The translations under genes were made by a program, and so were the position numbers. A stretch of DNA of 64,000 bases from Mobula hypostoma. Lineage: Eukaryota. Location: assembly GCF_963921235.1 (NCBI RefSeq), contig NC_086105.1, positions 102,114,001 through 102,178,000 of the forward strand, read 5' to 3'. Below, piece by piece: positions 23,836 to 37,600 of the stretch (within the stretch, counting starts at the first letter, position 1; each line of letters starts with the position of its first letter). Below the pieces are notes generated by a model. It was not told where the DNA came from. It saw nothing but the letters and a program-made list of their open reading frames with translations, and made no database searches.

Positions 23836-26350
23836 AGCAACTTTTATATGTGCTTGTATTCCCTTTCCCACACTTTACTCTCTCTCCATCTCCTACTCAA
23901 AGCAAAGATAGGGTAGCCCTATCTACCCCTCCAACCTCCGTATTCAATGGACCAATTTCTGGCACATTCAATGAGATGCTACTAGCAATATTCCAAATGG
24001 ACTGTTGCCTTCTTGACCTACTGGTTACTACACAGGCAGAACTAGACCAAATGGCCCCTTAAGCTTGCCCTATCATTTAATCATTGCTGCCTTTCCTCAG
24101 CCCTCAACCTCCTCTCATGAGCTGGTATGCAAAACTACCACCTGTGTTGGAGACTTGCTCACTGCCTGTAACGTAATATGTGTTTTGAAACTGATTCCAT
24201 TGCATTACTATGATTCATGAACACAAGGTCACAACGCATTGAAAAAATAACCAAGTTATAAGAGAACAAGTTATTCAGCAGGATAAAACAGGAATTTATT
24301 ATGAATCACATTTCTCTCACAGTATTTCTCATCTTTGATACAATACAAGAACACCATTGTAAAACATGAAAATAAGTTCAATCTGCCATTATATCTAAAT
24401 ATTATAACGTACCCAAACCATAAGCAGTTAATTTCAAAACACATTAAACTACATATGGTAAAATGAATGTTGATTAAAATCAGTGTAGCGTTTTGGAGTA
24501 CATACAAAGAAAACCACACAGCACAAAGTAATAATATTGTCACATTCTCAAGGTAACTGGTACTCTGCACATACAAGGTCACCAATGAAGAAATACAGTT
24601 TTGAAATTTTAGTACTTTAGTAATGTGAACTTCTGTTTCATCTAAAATTAAGTTTTCTATCTTTGTATTAATTCATCTGCCTACAAAGGTAGGTTGGATT
24701 AAATTGGCAATCTGTTTTTGGCATGTTTAATTTAATGATTTTTAATCAGTGAATGCGCAAAATGTTGACATCTGTGTAATCAATTTGTGTCATTGTCTAA
24801 CACAAAAGAGGTTAAGATTGCAAGTATGTAATACAAAATAAGCAGTGAGAATACACATCAATAAATTAGTCATACAGATACAATATATCAACCATTTTGT
24901 AAATGTATATAATCATTAACTAGTACTCTTTGGAGGCATTTAAAACTTAATTAGAATATTGAGTTTATTAATTTAAAACCTGAAGCATAAAGTTCATGCC
25001 GATAGCAACAATTCATTTTGCTGCGATCATTAAACTGAATTTTTATTTACACCAACATCCAGTTGCTCATGAAAGAAGAAACAAAAAGTGGCCTTTTTCA
25101 TGACTTCAGAAAATTGTACAGTGCTTATAGCCCATGAATTATTTCTGAAATCCGGTCACTACTGTAATATCGCAAATAAGGCAGCAAATTTATATAGCAA
25201 ACTTCCAGAAACAATGACAAAGTAACTTAAAAATACCCAAATTATCTATTTTATTCCTTGAAGAATAAATATTGGCAAGTACATCAGGGTGAACGGCTCT
25301 GCTTTCTAGAAATGTCACGGTATATTTTAATTCAAGAAATCCAATTCAACATTGCATCCAAAAAACGCATTAGTCACTGGAGTCAATCTACTGTACTAGA
25401 CTGAATGATATGGTTCTGGCTCTGAAATGAGTCTTAAACTATAACCTTATGACTCAGACAAAAGTCTGACAGCCAATCAAGGCAGAAAAATTACTGTGCA
25501 TTGTTTTTGCAACTTCAGCCATTAGTTTTTTCTTGTAATTTGTATATTGAAGTATTATAGATCTTTTCCCACATATTAAAATAACCTGCTCAATACTGGC
25601 AATCAATAACTTAAGGCCATTTGGCATATCTTCAGCCACAGCTGCAGAAATATTTTATTGGTAAAGATGGCACATTGACACAATATAATCACAAATCAGA
25701 GCTTCTTGATTTCCCAGTGTTTTTTTTTAATAAATTAATTGACCTGTTTTAAAATGGAAACTTATTTTCTCCACAACTCTTTTCAAAAGTGCACTGAAGC
25801 TTCTTTGCTCAGCCAGGTTTCTTCATTAATAAAGATCTAGGAGGAGCAATAAGTTTGTAATTAAATGCAATTAAAATGCTTCTTTATATTGTAGTTAGCA
25901 TAATTTTAAACAAAACACCATATACAAATTATAATACAGAGCAAGGTTCACAGTATTCATCATCGATTGCCTGATAGAAACCCTGTTCTTAAAGTCAGAT
26001 TTTGTGAATGTCATTTTTGGGTACCCTTAAGTATCAAAAATGATACAATTTGTAAAAAGATACTTTTCAGAATGTCAAGACAATTTAAAGTAAAAATAAA
26101 TCCTAGCAAATCCATCAACGTGCATTTTCTGTCATTTTTTTTCCAAATCTGGGATGATCATATGTAGTGGTTTGAAACCACCTACCTATCTATATTTGAC
26201 TTGAGCACATAAAAGGTTACATTTTATATAATTACAACTCCCTAAATTATTTTGGTCTAAAATTGGAGTGCAACAATACATGGAAGCAGTAAGCAAAATA
26301 CATTATTCCAAGTCATCTTTATCTTACATTCCTCTGGCATCATACAAATA

Positions 26351-27450
26351 CAGTGCATTCCAGTTAATTGGTCCATCAGTTAACCGGAGCAGCCGCTTAT
26401 TTGGAACAACTCTTAAAGAACAAACACTAACCAAGAAATAACCAGCATTCCCTTTGTTTATTTGGGACGCTTAGTTGGGACAGGACGTTGTTGCTGAGCA
26501 GTTTCTAACTAGCATCAGTCACATGAACTCTATGGCCATTAGACACTACACTGTGCTTAAAGTCACTGATAGTTGGAGAGAAATAAGCAGCAAGACAATT
26601 TTGACTTATTTTGCTCACTGCAGTTTCAAGCATTCAGGCTTGGAGATGCGAGAAATGGCCGGGAGTGAAAATGAAATGATTTTGCTACTTCAACAAGTTA
26701 GGAACTACAAAGAATTTGAAGATATTGACAATAATCCTGAATTTTACAATGAAAATGAAGATTTAGAGGATGCAATCATCAAAAGCATTATATGAAGGCA
26801 GTCCATTATCTGTACTAGGCGTCTGTGCTAATTTTGCTCATTTACAGTCACTCAAAAGAACATGGCAGTGTGTTAAATGTCATATCTGATGATCATCATG
26901 AAATCTGTGTGGAGAGTTTTTAATGCGGAAAAGCTGTTGTACTGGGACAGTTCCACTCTCTTGACCTTGGAAGTCCAGGTCCAGTGGTACAAGTAGTCAT
27001 CACAAAATGGGGTCTTCTTTGGTTGCAGTGAATAACCATGACTTTGTCAGTGCCTTATCATGTCCTTCACTCTCCATGAAGCATTGCAAAAACACCTGCT
27101 TGGACATTGGATCTCATCTGCTCTGTCTGCCGGAGCTGACTTCATGCACTAGGACAGGAATGTCGCTCTTTCACTGGGGTATGAAGCCCACTGGCTACCC
27201 TCACCTGGTTTAGCCTGCCTGTTGAAGCAGTCTACTGGGGTGTGGCCACTGTCGCATGCAAACAGAAATTTGGAGCTACAGGTGAGAGTTAAGTGTCCGA
27301 TGGGGACCAAAGGTGAGTTGTCCCAGAGCGGACATGACAATTCCCTCCACCACAGGTAATGTTCCCCCGCCCCCAGACATTCCATACATGGCAGCAAACA
27401 CTGGATGAATTCCTCCATCAATAACAATGAGGAGCTAATGCTAAAGAATT
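26351..27450 (+). mobile_element. Tigger-like remnant interrupted by another repeat (~26885-27375)
   Basis: TA-CAGTGCATTCC start; ORF 26475..26795 resembles a Tigger transposase C-terminus; boundaries approximate. Confidence 0.6.
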
Positions 27451-28418
27451 TTGGCTTTAAGTGTTGGCTGTTGGGATTTTGTGGACATAACTCCATAATG
27501 ACCCCATTTGATTTGAATGATTACATATAATTTTAGTTTCTTTAATACAATGGGTATTAATTTTGAAAAGGGGCATTGAGTTTCTTCTCTAAAGTACTCT
27601 TGCAAATATATTGAGTTATATTTGAAAATCCTTATTGAAAGTGCAGACTTACCATTGCCAGATTCCAATGTATACAAAGAAGACCCTAAAACCTATTCCA
27701 CTCAGGTGTAAGATTTACTTAACTTTGTATATCTTTTTTTAAAAAGAAATAATTGTATATCTCCAAGCAATTGGCAATCAGGTGGAAATTAGCAGCAGTA
27801 TTATTTTCAACCCCTAATTTCCCATGATCATATATACGAATATACGATCATATTAGAATTCACCCTGAAGAAACAATTATTTAGAATATAACTTAAGTAC
27901 TAATTAAAATATTGAAAAGATTCTAAAGCTGCCAGATAATTAGGATTGTGTACACTGCTCTAACGAAGCAATATCTTATTTTATTTGCATTCACAGTTAA
28001 ATAAAATACACACAATTTCAGGAGAGACTTTTTAAATTAAAGGCCTTCTGATTTGGGACTATTATTATTTCTGCATGTGAACAGCATTTTATTTTACAAA
28101 TCAAAACAAGTTTTTAATTTGTAATTTAAAATCCTTGTATTGGATTAATAGATGTTAGCAAGTTTGCTCCATGCAATACATTGATGAACTGTATATTACA
28201 GCCCACTGCAATAAATCTTATGTTTTTCATGAGGGTGGGTGAAGATCCTCATTTATTGCTATCATTATAACTCTGCATTACTTTACCACATCATTATTTT
28301 ACAATATGAAGAATATTGAAATGCACATTAAATATCAGGTCAAACTTCAGAGCTTTTGGTTAGCAAGAGATGAAAAAATTTGCAGTAAATAAACCTTCAA
28401 TGATTTTACAATTTACCA

Positions 28419-28627
28419 TTAGCTGCTGTATCTCATTCTGTAAAAATATTCTTTAAGTTCATCATCACCAAAGTCATCATGTCCTTTCTTTAGACGTCTA
28501 ACCCTGCTCACACTGATGATGTCTTTCAGTTTTTGTTTGATTATCTTCAAAGGTCCTGGTTTGTTTCCCAAAGGCTGCCCCAACAACAGTACACTCCCTG
28601 CATGTCTGTTTGGTTCAAATAAGGCAG
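28419..28627 (-). CDS. fam234a: fam234a last coding exon (ALFEPNRHAG...RMRYSS*)
   Basis: cag acceptor at 28628-30; TAA at 28419-21. Confidence 0.93.
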
Positions 28628-31600
28628 CTGGAATAAAAAAATAGGGATATTAGTAATTTTTTTTTAATACATTGATTTTTTTTCACTATCTGATAAAGAG
28701 TAAAAACAATAAATTACCACTAGCTATGTATTTTATGTTATCAATAGATTCTGGCATAGTTCCAGAGGACTGGAAAATCGGAAATATAGGAAAAAGAAAG
28801 GAAACTATAGGCCAGTTAGTCTGACCTCAGTGGTTGAGAAGATGTTGGAGTTAATTGTTAAGGATGAGGTTTTGGAGTACTTGGAGGCACGTGATAAAGT
28901 AGGTCCAAGTCAGCATGGTTTCCTCAAGGGAAAATCGTGCCTGACAAATCTGTTGGAATTCTTTGAGGAAATAACAAGCAAGATAGACATAGATGTTGTG
29001 CACTTGGATTTCAGAAGACCTTTGGCAGGTGCTGCACATGAGGCTGCTTAGCAAGAAAATTGCCCATGGTATTACAGGAAATATATTAGCATGAATAGAG
29101 TATTGGCTGATTGGCAGAAGGCAATGAGTGGGCATATAGGACAATTGCCGGTGACTAGTGGTGTTCTGCAGGAGTCGGTGTTGGGACTGCTTTTTATATC
29201 ATATACTAATGGTTTGGATGATGGAATTGATGGCTTTGTGGACAATATGATGCCAGGTGGAGGGAGAGACAGTGTTCAGGAAGGACAGAGGCTACGGAAG
29301 GACAGAGGCTGCAGAAGGACCAAAGACAGATTAGGAGAATGGGCAAAGAAGCGACAGATGGGTGTCAAGAAGTGTATGGTCAAATGGGTCAAAATTCTGC
29401 TCCTATGCCTTACGTAATCACTAAGTATTCTCCACCACTTCTCCCCTCATTTTCGTCTGTGGATGTTCATCAGGCTTTCAGGCTTAATTTTTCAATCTAA
29501 AGCAGTTGTTTCAATGTGACAACTATCAATAACATTTAAAAAAATCAATTAAAGGGGACCAGGGCCTTTCTAACCCAACAAATTTGGCAGGAACAGGTTG
29601 ACAAAAAAAATTACATATTAAAAAAAATGGGGGGGGGGGCAGGGAACATTTATGTGCAGATTTCCCAAAGAATGCTGTAGAATGTAATTGGAAATAGCAA
29701 ATGGGTTTTCTTCTCTCTTGTCCAAGATGCTGCATATATTAGAAGTTTTAACCTTTTTGATTAATTGAGCCTGATGCTATTTTGACTAAATTTATTAAGT
29801 GAATTACATTAAAAAAAAAAGCAGCATCCATCAAAGATCCTCACCACCCAGGACATGCTCTTTTCTTGCTGCTGCCATCAGGCAGAAGGTGCAAGAGCCT
29901 CAGGACTCACACCACCAGGTTCAAGAACAGTTACTACTTCTCATCCATCAGGTTCTTGAACAAAGGAGGATAGCTTCTCGCATTTAAGGACTCTGTTATA
30001 TTGTATTTCATGCTTCTTATTTATTGCTATTTATTTATATCTGCATATGCACTGTTTGATTACAGTTAACAATTCCTGATGGTTACAGCTTACAGTTATT
30101 GTTCTATAGCAACCTCTTAGTCCTGGAGAAGCCCTTGAAGTAATTTTCAGGTCTCAGGGAACCCCTGCGTAAAACTTATTATACCTACAGCTCACGGTAC
30201 ATTAGCCTGATCAGTAAGTTGTAGATATGATAATCCAAAAATAATTGTCAATGCTCTTTTTGAGTAGTGAGTGAATTTTGAGTCAACCTTGCTTGAAAAA
30301 AAACCAGGTAGTTAAACTTAGTTTACCTTTCTTGAAATTAATCTCTTTCTTTTCCTTTCATAAATTTTAAAAACTCATAAGGCAAACATAATAAATTTCT
30401 TTTAAATAACTGGTTTAAGCTAAAATGGGAGTTAGTTTTTCTAAAGATGGGCTCGGTAGATTTAATCTAAATAAAGGTTGTAAATTGATTTTAATTAATG
30501 CTACTTACGACATGAAAATTTATTGACAATGTTGAATAGCAAACGCTACTAAAAACCATAAACCAAAGGCATATAAATAACTAAATGAGAAAACTGCAAA
30601 AAATATGAACAATTCACAATACAATTCACTTCTAACCTACACAAACCACCTTTTGCAATGTCTACAACAACAGCAAAGTGGCAAACCAGCAACTGAGTTG
30701 CAGTGCATTAAAGTTCCTTCTTTAGAATGAAAATTTCCCTCCAATTCTAAACTACAACCGGTAGAGATTGTTTGCTCCCTTAAGTCATTCAGCGGCGCGC
30801 AAGGGCAAGTTGGGGAAGGTTATTCGCGAGGGAGAGGCTGACGTCATAGCTCGAATTGGGCAAGTCCATTCAATGCTTGGAAAACACAACTTCACGCACC
30901 TCATCAGCCTACTGTCCTTCCTTCATGCATTACAACACTCACCAATTACCAGTCTATTGTGCCCCCTCCATGCAATACAGCACTCAACAATTATCAGTGG
31001 CCTCCCCTATCTCACATCCAAAACTGAGAATGGACTTAACCAAACAAGCATGGTCCTACTGCGCACTGCCATATTGGGCTGAGAGACCGCTAACGAGATT
31101 GCTGCTCGGTCACTGCCCACCACCGCGAGCACTAGCACCACGTAACATGCAAAGTTCAAAAAACGCCGTGTTTTTTTTTAAACTATGATCTCTCGCAGAA
31201 CCCCTAGCGACCTCTCATATCACCTCCGGTTGAGAAACACTCTTCTATAGATTTGCTAGGTATGCCTACAGAGAAAGAATCTCAGGGTTGTACGTAGTGA
31301 CATGTATGTACTCTGGTAATATATTCTACTTTGAACTTTTTTTTGAACTTCGATTAGTAAGTTAATTGGTTATTGTAAATTGTCCCACGATTAGGTTAGG
31401 GTTAACTTGAGGGTTGCTGGGTAGTGCTGCTCAAAGGGACTATTCCACACTGTATCTCTAAATAAATAAAAGTATATATGGCCAAGAGACCGAACCTGCA
31501 GAAGTACATCAAGTATGGTCTTGCCAAGCTCTTGTATAACTGCGATAAGAAATCCTTTACTCTTGTATTTAAATCATCTTTTAAAGAAGGCCCACATGCC

Positions 31601-34600
31601 ACTTGCCTTACTAATTCCAGCTGAACTTGCACGTTAGTTTTCGGTAGCTTGTGTAAAGCATATCCAGTTCCCTTTGAATATTAAAATTATCCCATCTCTC
31701 CATAGTGAAAATATTCAGCTTTGTGTTTATTCTACAGAAGTAGATAACATCACAGCCTTCCACCGCCTTCTCACCCGAACAAAAACCATGCAAGAGCCCA
31801 TTCCTGAGCTTCTATATGTGGATGACTGATGACTGTGCTCCTCTCATGCACACAGAGGCTGCAGTCACTCAGTTTGCCAAGGCTGCAAGGGTTTTCAGGT
31901 TAACAGTCAATCTGAAGGAAGCAATGATCCTCCATCAGAAGCGCCCCCCCCCATGGTGTTTACAACCCACCTCGTGTCACCACTGACGACCACCCTCTCA
32001 CCACAGTTGAGCAGTTCACCTACCCGGGCGGTGTCATTTCCAACGATACTATGGCAGTAAGGGATGTTGACAATCAACTCACCAGAGCCAGCAGTGCCTT
32101 CGGGCACCTCCAAAAATATGTGGGAAGAACCACCAGCTGCGGCTGTCCACAAAAATCCGGGTGTACGGGGCTGCCGTCGTCACAACACTGCTATACGGCT
32201 CCGAAGTCTGGGTTTTGTACCGTAAGCAAATCTGTCTGCTCGAGCACTTCCATCAACGCTGCCTCCACTCCATCATGGGTATCAGCTGACAGGATTGTGT
32301 CTCCAATGACGAAGTCCTGGAGAAGGCTCAACATCCAAGCATTAAAGCCACTTTGCCACTCTAGCAGCTCTGCTGGCCAGGCGAAGTGCCTCACAAGGAC
32401 GACTCCAGGTTACCAAAAGCAGTACTCTACGGAGAACTCTCAGGGCAAGAGAGATCAAGGTGCCCCATGCAAGAGGTACAAAGACCAACAGCAGCTCTCT
32501 CAGGCAAATATAGAGGTTAGCAAGTGGCAACAGCTGGCTTGTGACAGAGACCGCTGGAGTACGCTGATCCATGGAGCAGTCAAGAATTCTGAAGAACCCA
32601 GAACAGCGACTGCTGAAGAGAAGAGGAGATGCAGGAAGGATCCTACTACGCAAATGCCTGTATCCGTGTCCCTACTGCTCCAGAGTCTGCGGATCCAGAA
32701 TTCGCCTCTACAGTTACCAACGATCATGCCGCCACTCCTGAGGATTCTTCCTCCCTCCTGATCTTCGCAAGCGAAGAACTAGCCATCACCATCAGATAAC
32801 ATCAGTCTTCCACTTTGTACGCTGTCTGTCATATTTTTGCCCACTCACTCAGATTGTTTTAATCCCTTTGAAGCCTTTTTGCATTCTTGGCACTGCTCAA
32901 GATCCCACTTCATTGCATCTCATCAACAAACTTTGCAATAATATATTTGGCCCAGTGATGTAGATTGCAAACATCTGGCTCCACACACTGATCTTGGTGG
33001 TACCCATAGCAAGGATCCATTTATTCTTACTTTGTCTATATAACCGCAGTTCTGACATGTTCCAACCTTGTTTTACAGTCTCAAGAGCAGCATTGTCAAA
33101 AGCCTTCTGAAACTCTAAATAAATCACAAAGGGTACAGTTCAAGGTAAGAGGGAAAAGATTTAAAAGGGACCTCAGGGGCAACCTCTTTGTAGAGAGGGT
33201 GGTGCATAGATAGAACAAGCTGCTGGACAAAGTAATTGAAGCAGATACTATAACGTTTAAAAGACATTTGGATAAGTATATAGATAGGAAAGGTTAAGAG
33301 GTATGTGGACCACATGTGTGCAAATGTGATTAGCTTAGGTGACTGAAATACCATTAATCTACTCTAATAGATGCATCCTCAATAGACTAATAGATTTTCA
33401 TTTCACAAATCCACATCAAGTCTGCTCAGATATTTTCTAAATGTCTTGAAATCAAATCCTTAGCAATAGACTCCAGCACTTTTTCTACTACCAATGTCAT
33501 GCTAATAGATCGGTAGTTCTCTGCTTTCTCCTTCCTTCCATTTTTAAAAGTGAGGTCACATTTACCACTCTTCAATCTGCAGGAGCCATTCCAGATTTAT
33601 TCATGCTCTTAACAAATTTAACCTGTCAAATCAAAGTACATTTGCAGATAGACAAAGGTTAAATTACACAAATTACAGAAAAGCTGTATAGGATTACAAG
33701 CAATTCATCATTATTTTCTACAAGTTATCATGTAAGATAAAATATAGTAATTTAAATTAATTATTTATAACCGGCAATAGGAGGACTTACTGGTGAATGC
33801 AATCACATTCTCAGTGCTATTTCTTAACTCCAGAATGACATTTGGGTGTGATGGATGAACCATATAAAGGTTATAACTTTTCTCAGAGAAACCTTCCTGT
33901 AACTGAGAAAATAAAAATTCACAAATTATTTTAGAAGAGGACCTATAGAAAGGTGTATGGGGATGAAGTTAGATGAGATGCTTTATTAGAGAAAAAAATC
34001 CAAAGAATCAAATTTCTCTTGATTCTATAAGTACATAAAAAAAATTAATGTTTTAAAGAGACCGGAAATAAAAAAATGAATAAAATGTCAAATATATAAG
34101 AGGCAACATTCTTCAAAATAGAATGGATTCATAGTAGGAAAGAGATTGCTAGATACAAAGTATTCATTCATTAGCTTTAGACTTGGAAGTAGACTGATAG
34201 GGTTCTCACTTACTCTGGGGAAGCATCAATCCTGCATGTACCCCATCACATTGGTGCCAAAAGCATGATTAAATTGATGTCCACTGTTCTGACCCATACT
34301 AAATTATTTTGTATCCAAGCCAGCAGTCTATCACTTATTCAGCATGCAATTAAGATAGATTAAGGCATCACAATTAATTCTATTCTCATCCTTATTTGAT
34401 GAGCCCAGAAATCTAATTCTAAGAGACAGCACTGAATGGAAGGATATCCAATCAGCCTTTTGACCAGAGGCACTGCAGCACAATTTTGTTGCCCATTTGC
34501 TAAAATCAAAAGATGCAATTTCACATACATCGTAAGTTTAGGGCTAATCACAGTAGTGTCTCTATAGTGTAAAATGATCATGGGTCACTGGTCAAGATAT

Positions 34601-37600
34601 CTTATTATTGAGGATCAACACAGGAATAAACACAGCCCAAAATTACATATTTTTAAGGGTAACCCCCAAGATTGATTTTTCTTTCACTTCTTTACTGGAC
34701 CATTAGAAGGTATGGCACTTTCTATACATTCTTCAAGTAGTGTTTGTAATAAAGTAAAATATTAGTAATGAATACATATGGCATAAGATCTATTTCTGAC
34801 AGTATGAAAATGCATTACTGCACTATCAGAATATCAGAGCTGAACATCCTAGTTGCAACCTTTTATTTGTACAATTCTATTTAAAAAGGTTGAGTAAACA
34901 ACAATCTGAGCAGTTAAATATGTAGTTGTTTATGCTATTAACAATAGCTAAAACAATCTGCTTTAATTATTACAGTAATTGAACAGAGTAGTAAATTATT
35001 TTCTTTTAATACTTACAGAAACATTGTTTTGTGTTGGAAGTTCACCCCAGAAAAGAAAAATTGACCGGGACATGGTGTTAATGGAAGATGGTTTTGGACA
35101 GTTCTCCCTGCATATTAATTCTTCCTCCCATAGTATTTTGCCACTTTTACCATCCACAATAGTAACCTAGAGAACAAATCAATATCATGTATTGATATTC
35201 CTAGCAAAAAATATATACCAAGTCTTAAAAACTACTTTCTAAATTAATGTTGATCTTATTATTTAACTTCATATGGTTAGTAGCTGCTTTACGTTCTTCT
35301 ACCAGACACAAATTCCTCCTTTTCTAATTCTGTCTACTCTTCTGTCCCTACAAACTGTTCCCCATTTTATGACACTTTCCATGCAACCAGAGATACAATT
35401 CCTCTTCTTTCACCACTTCCCTTTACATATTCAGGGACTCTAAAATAGTCTTTCCAGGAGAAGCAGCAATTGGCATGCACTTCCAGTAGAGTGTACTACA
35501 TTCAGAACTCTTCTACAGTAGAGAAACCAAATGCAGATAGGGTGATCACTTTGACAAGTACCTACATTTAGTCCATAGGCGTGATCCTGAGTGTCCAATT
35601 GTCTGTCACTTTAAATTTCCATCCCACTCTCCTTCTGACTTAACCACCGATGGCTTCCTGCACCGACCCTCAGGAGCAACCACAAGCTGGAAGAATAACA
35701 CCTTTGTGGTCCGTAACGATGGTTTTGGGGGTCAGAGAAAGTTTAGGAAGAGGGATGTGGGGAACTAGAGGACGTGCTGGAGTCTAAGTCTCCGCTCCGC
35801 ATTCAAACACCAGCGGCAAGAGCACGGTCAGATTTCGGGCCCACAGACCAGTGAGTATATTCGAGGTCCTGTCAGTAGCAAGACAGGAGTTCGAGGCCTG
35901 GAGTTCAGGCTCTCATCCCGGGTCCTCATTCAACATTATCTGCAAGTCCTGGATTGACACTGCAGATCCAAGCCGAAAGGTTGATCAGCTGTCTGGATCG
36001 AAGTCCAAAGGTCTATTGGAGGTTCAGATCAAAACCCAAAGGTTGATTGGAAATCCAGAAGTCAAGGCCCAATAGCTGGAGCACGTGTCTTTGAATCTCT
36101 GTGAGTATGCCGGGGAAGACAGGGCCCAGTAACTGCGAATCCACAAGTCCACCAGAGGCTGAAGAAGACAGCCTGTCCTGGAGTTAGAGGACTACAAGTT
36201 GCATTGGGGGATGGGTGGGAAGGAGGGAAAACACAGCTTGTTCCACTGGTATTGCTTTGTTGCTTGCTATCTTCTAGTTTGTTGTCTCTTGTTGTTCTGC
36301 TAAACATTGTGAACATGCTATATTGGTGCTGGAATATGTAGTGATACTCCCTTGCACATTCACAAATATTTCACATTTAGAACGGCACATTTTACCATAT
36401 GTTTTGACATTCACGTGAAAAGTAAATTAAAATCTAATCCAATATCATCTTCCAAATAGACACAACACAGTCTTCTGGTCTCAATTTTACATAACTCCTT
36501 TCATTCTGAATCGGAACTGGCAACTTCTGCCATGCATCCGTTTTTTTCTGTTTGGCTCAGTTTTTCTCTTTCTCTATTTTTACAGCCTATAAGAAACTTA
36601 ATCTGCTTTTAACTGCTACACTAGCCATTTGGTCTCACCCAATGTCATATTAGATTTTTTAAAACAATGACTGAATGTCTGTCAGGTCAAGCGACAACTC
36701 AACTCTTTCTAAACTCTACAGCATGTGGTGTCTGTAGGTCTGTAGAGTAAATGAGTAACCATTAAAATGTGAATGTCTGTGAGTGGATAAACACTAAGAA
36801 TGTCTATCTGCATTTGGGCTTATTGTTTATGCATGTAAACGTTAATATGCTTTTGAAAGTCCAAGGAACATTGTGTTGGGACATGAGTTAATGAGGCAAT
36901 GTCTCGTTGATTTATGACGACTGTGTTAATGGACAGGCTGTGTTGAGACAAAAGATCAAAGAGTTTCTCTGGTTCTTGTGAGGCTTGTGACTATATTGGG
37001 CTGCGTTTTCACAATTTTCTTTGAACTTCAAGTGGAGCCGGATTGCGATCAGCGCCTGTGACCAAGGGGTGATTTCATGAGCAAGTCAGAAATGACAGTT
37101 CCCCTGCCAACAGCAACAATCAAGTGGTGAGTAAGAAATGTGAGCCCAGAAATCTTTGTGACTTGCTATGTAGTACTTTATGCTTTCTATTCTATGATAA
37201 TAAATTAGACTTAAGTTAATTTGTTGTGCCTGTATGCTTATTATCACATTTAATGGACACTTGAATGGTTGGGTCTGATTAAACAAGCCCATTACACCCT
37301 ATCACAAATACTTTCTTTCTTCGACTCACCCCACATCCCATCTTCTCTGCAACTGAAAACTAAACTTGCCTCTTTCCCAGTTCTGACGAAGAGTCTGGGA
37401 CTTGAAACATTCTTTTCCTCTTACCACTGAAGCTATCTGATCCATTTCCTGTGTTTTCTGTTTTATTCAGATTTCCAGCAGCTGCAGTTTCTTCTTGATT
37501 TTCACTTAAAACTCTAGGCTCTTCTCAGCAGGGAGCTCAATTTAGAGTGCTATAGGAATGGATTCACATCCAATCTACTAGAGTGCCCAGCTACAGACAA

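Noticed and set aside
24290-28418. Defining the fam234a 3' UTR end
   Set aside because: Many AATAAA candidates occur in AT-rich sequence (e.g. ~28253, ~25044, 24295); none can be chosen without transcript data.
34208-34330. Perfect GTAAGT donor on the minus strand suggesting an extra fam234a exon
   Set aside because: The candidate acceptors checked give in-frame stops, and the CDS is complete without it.
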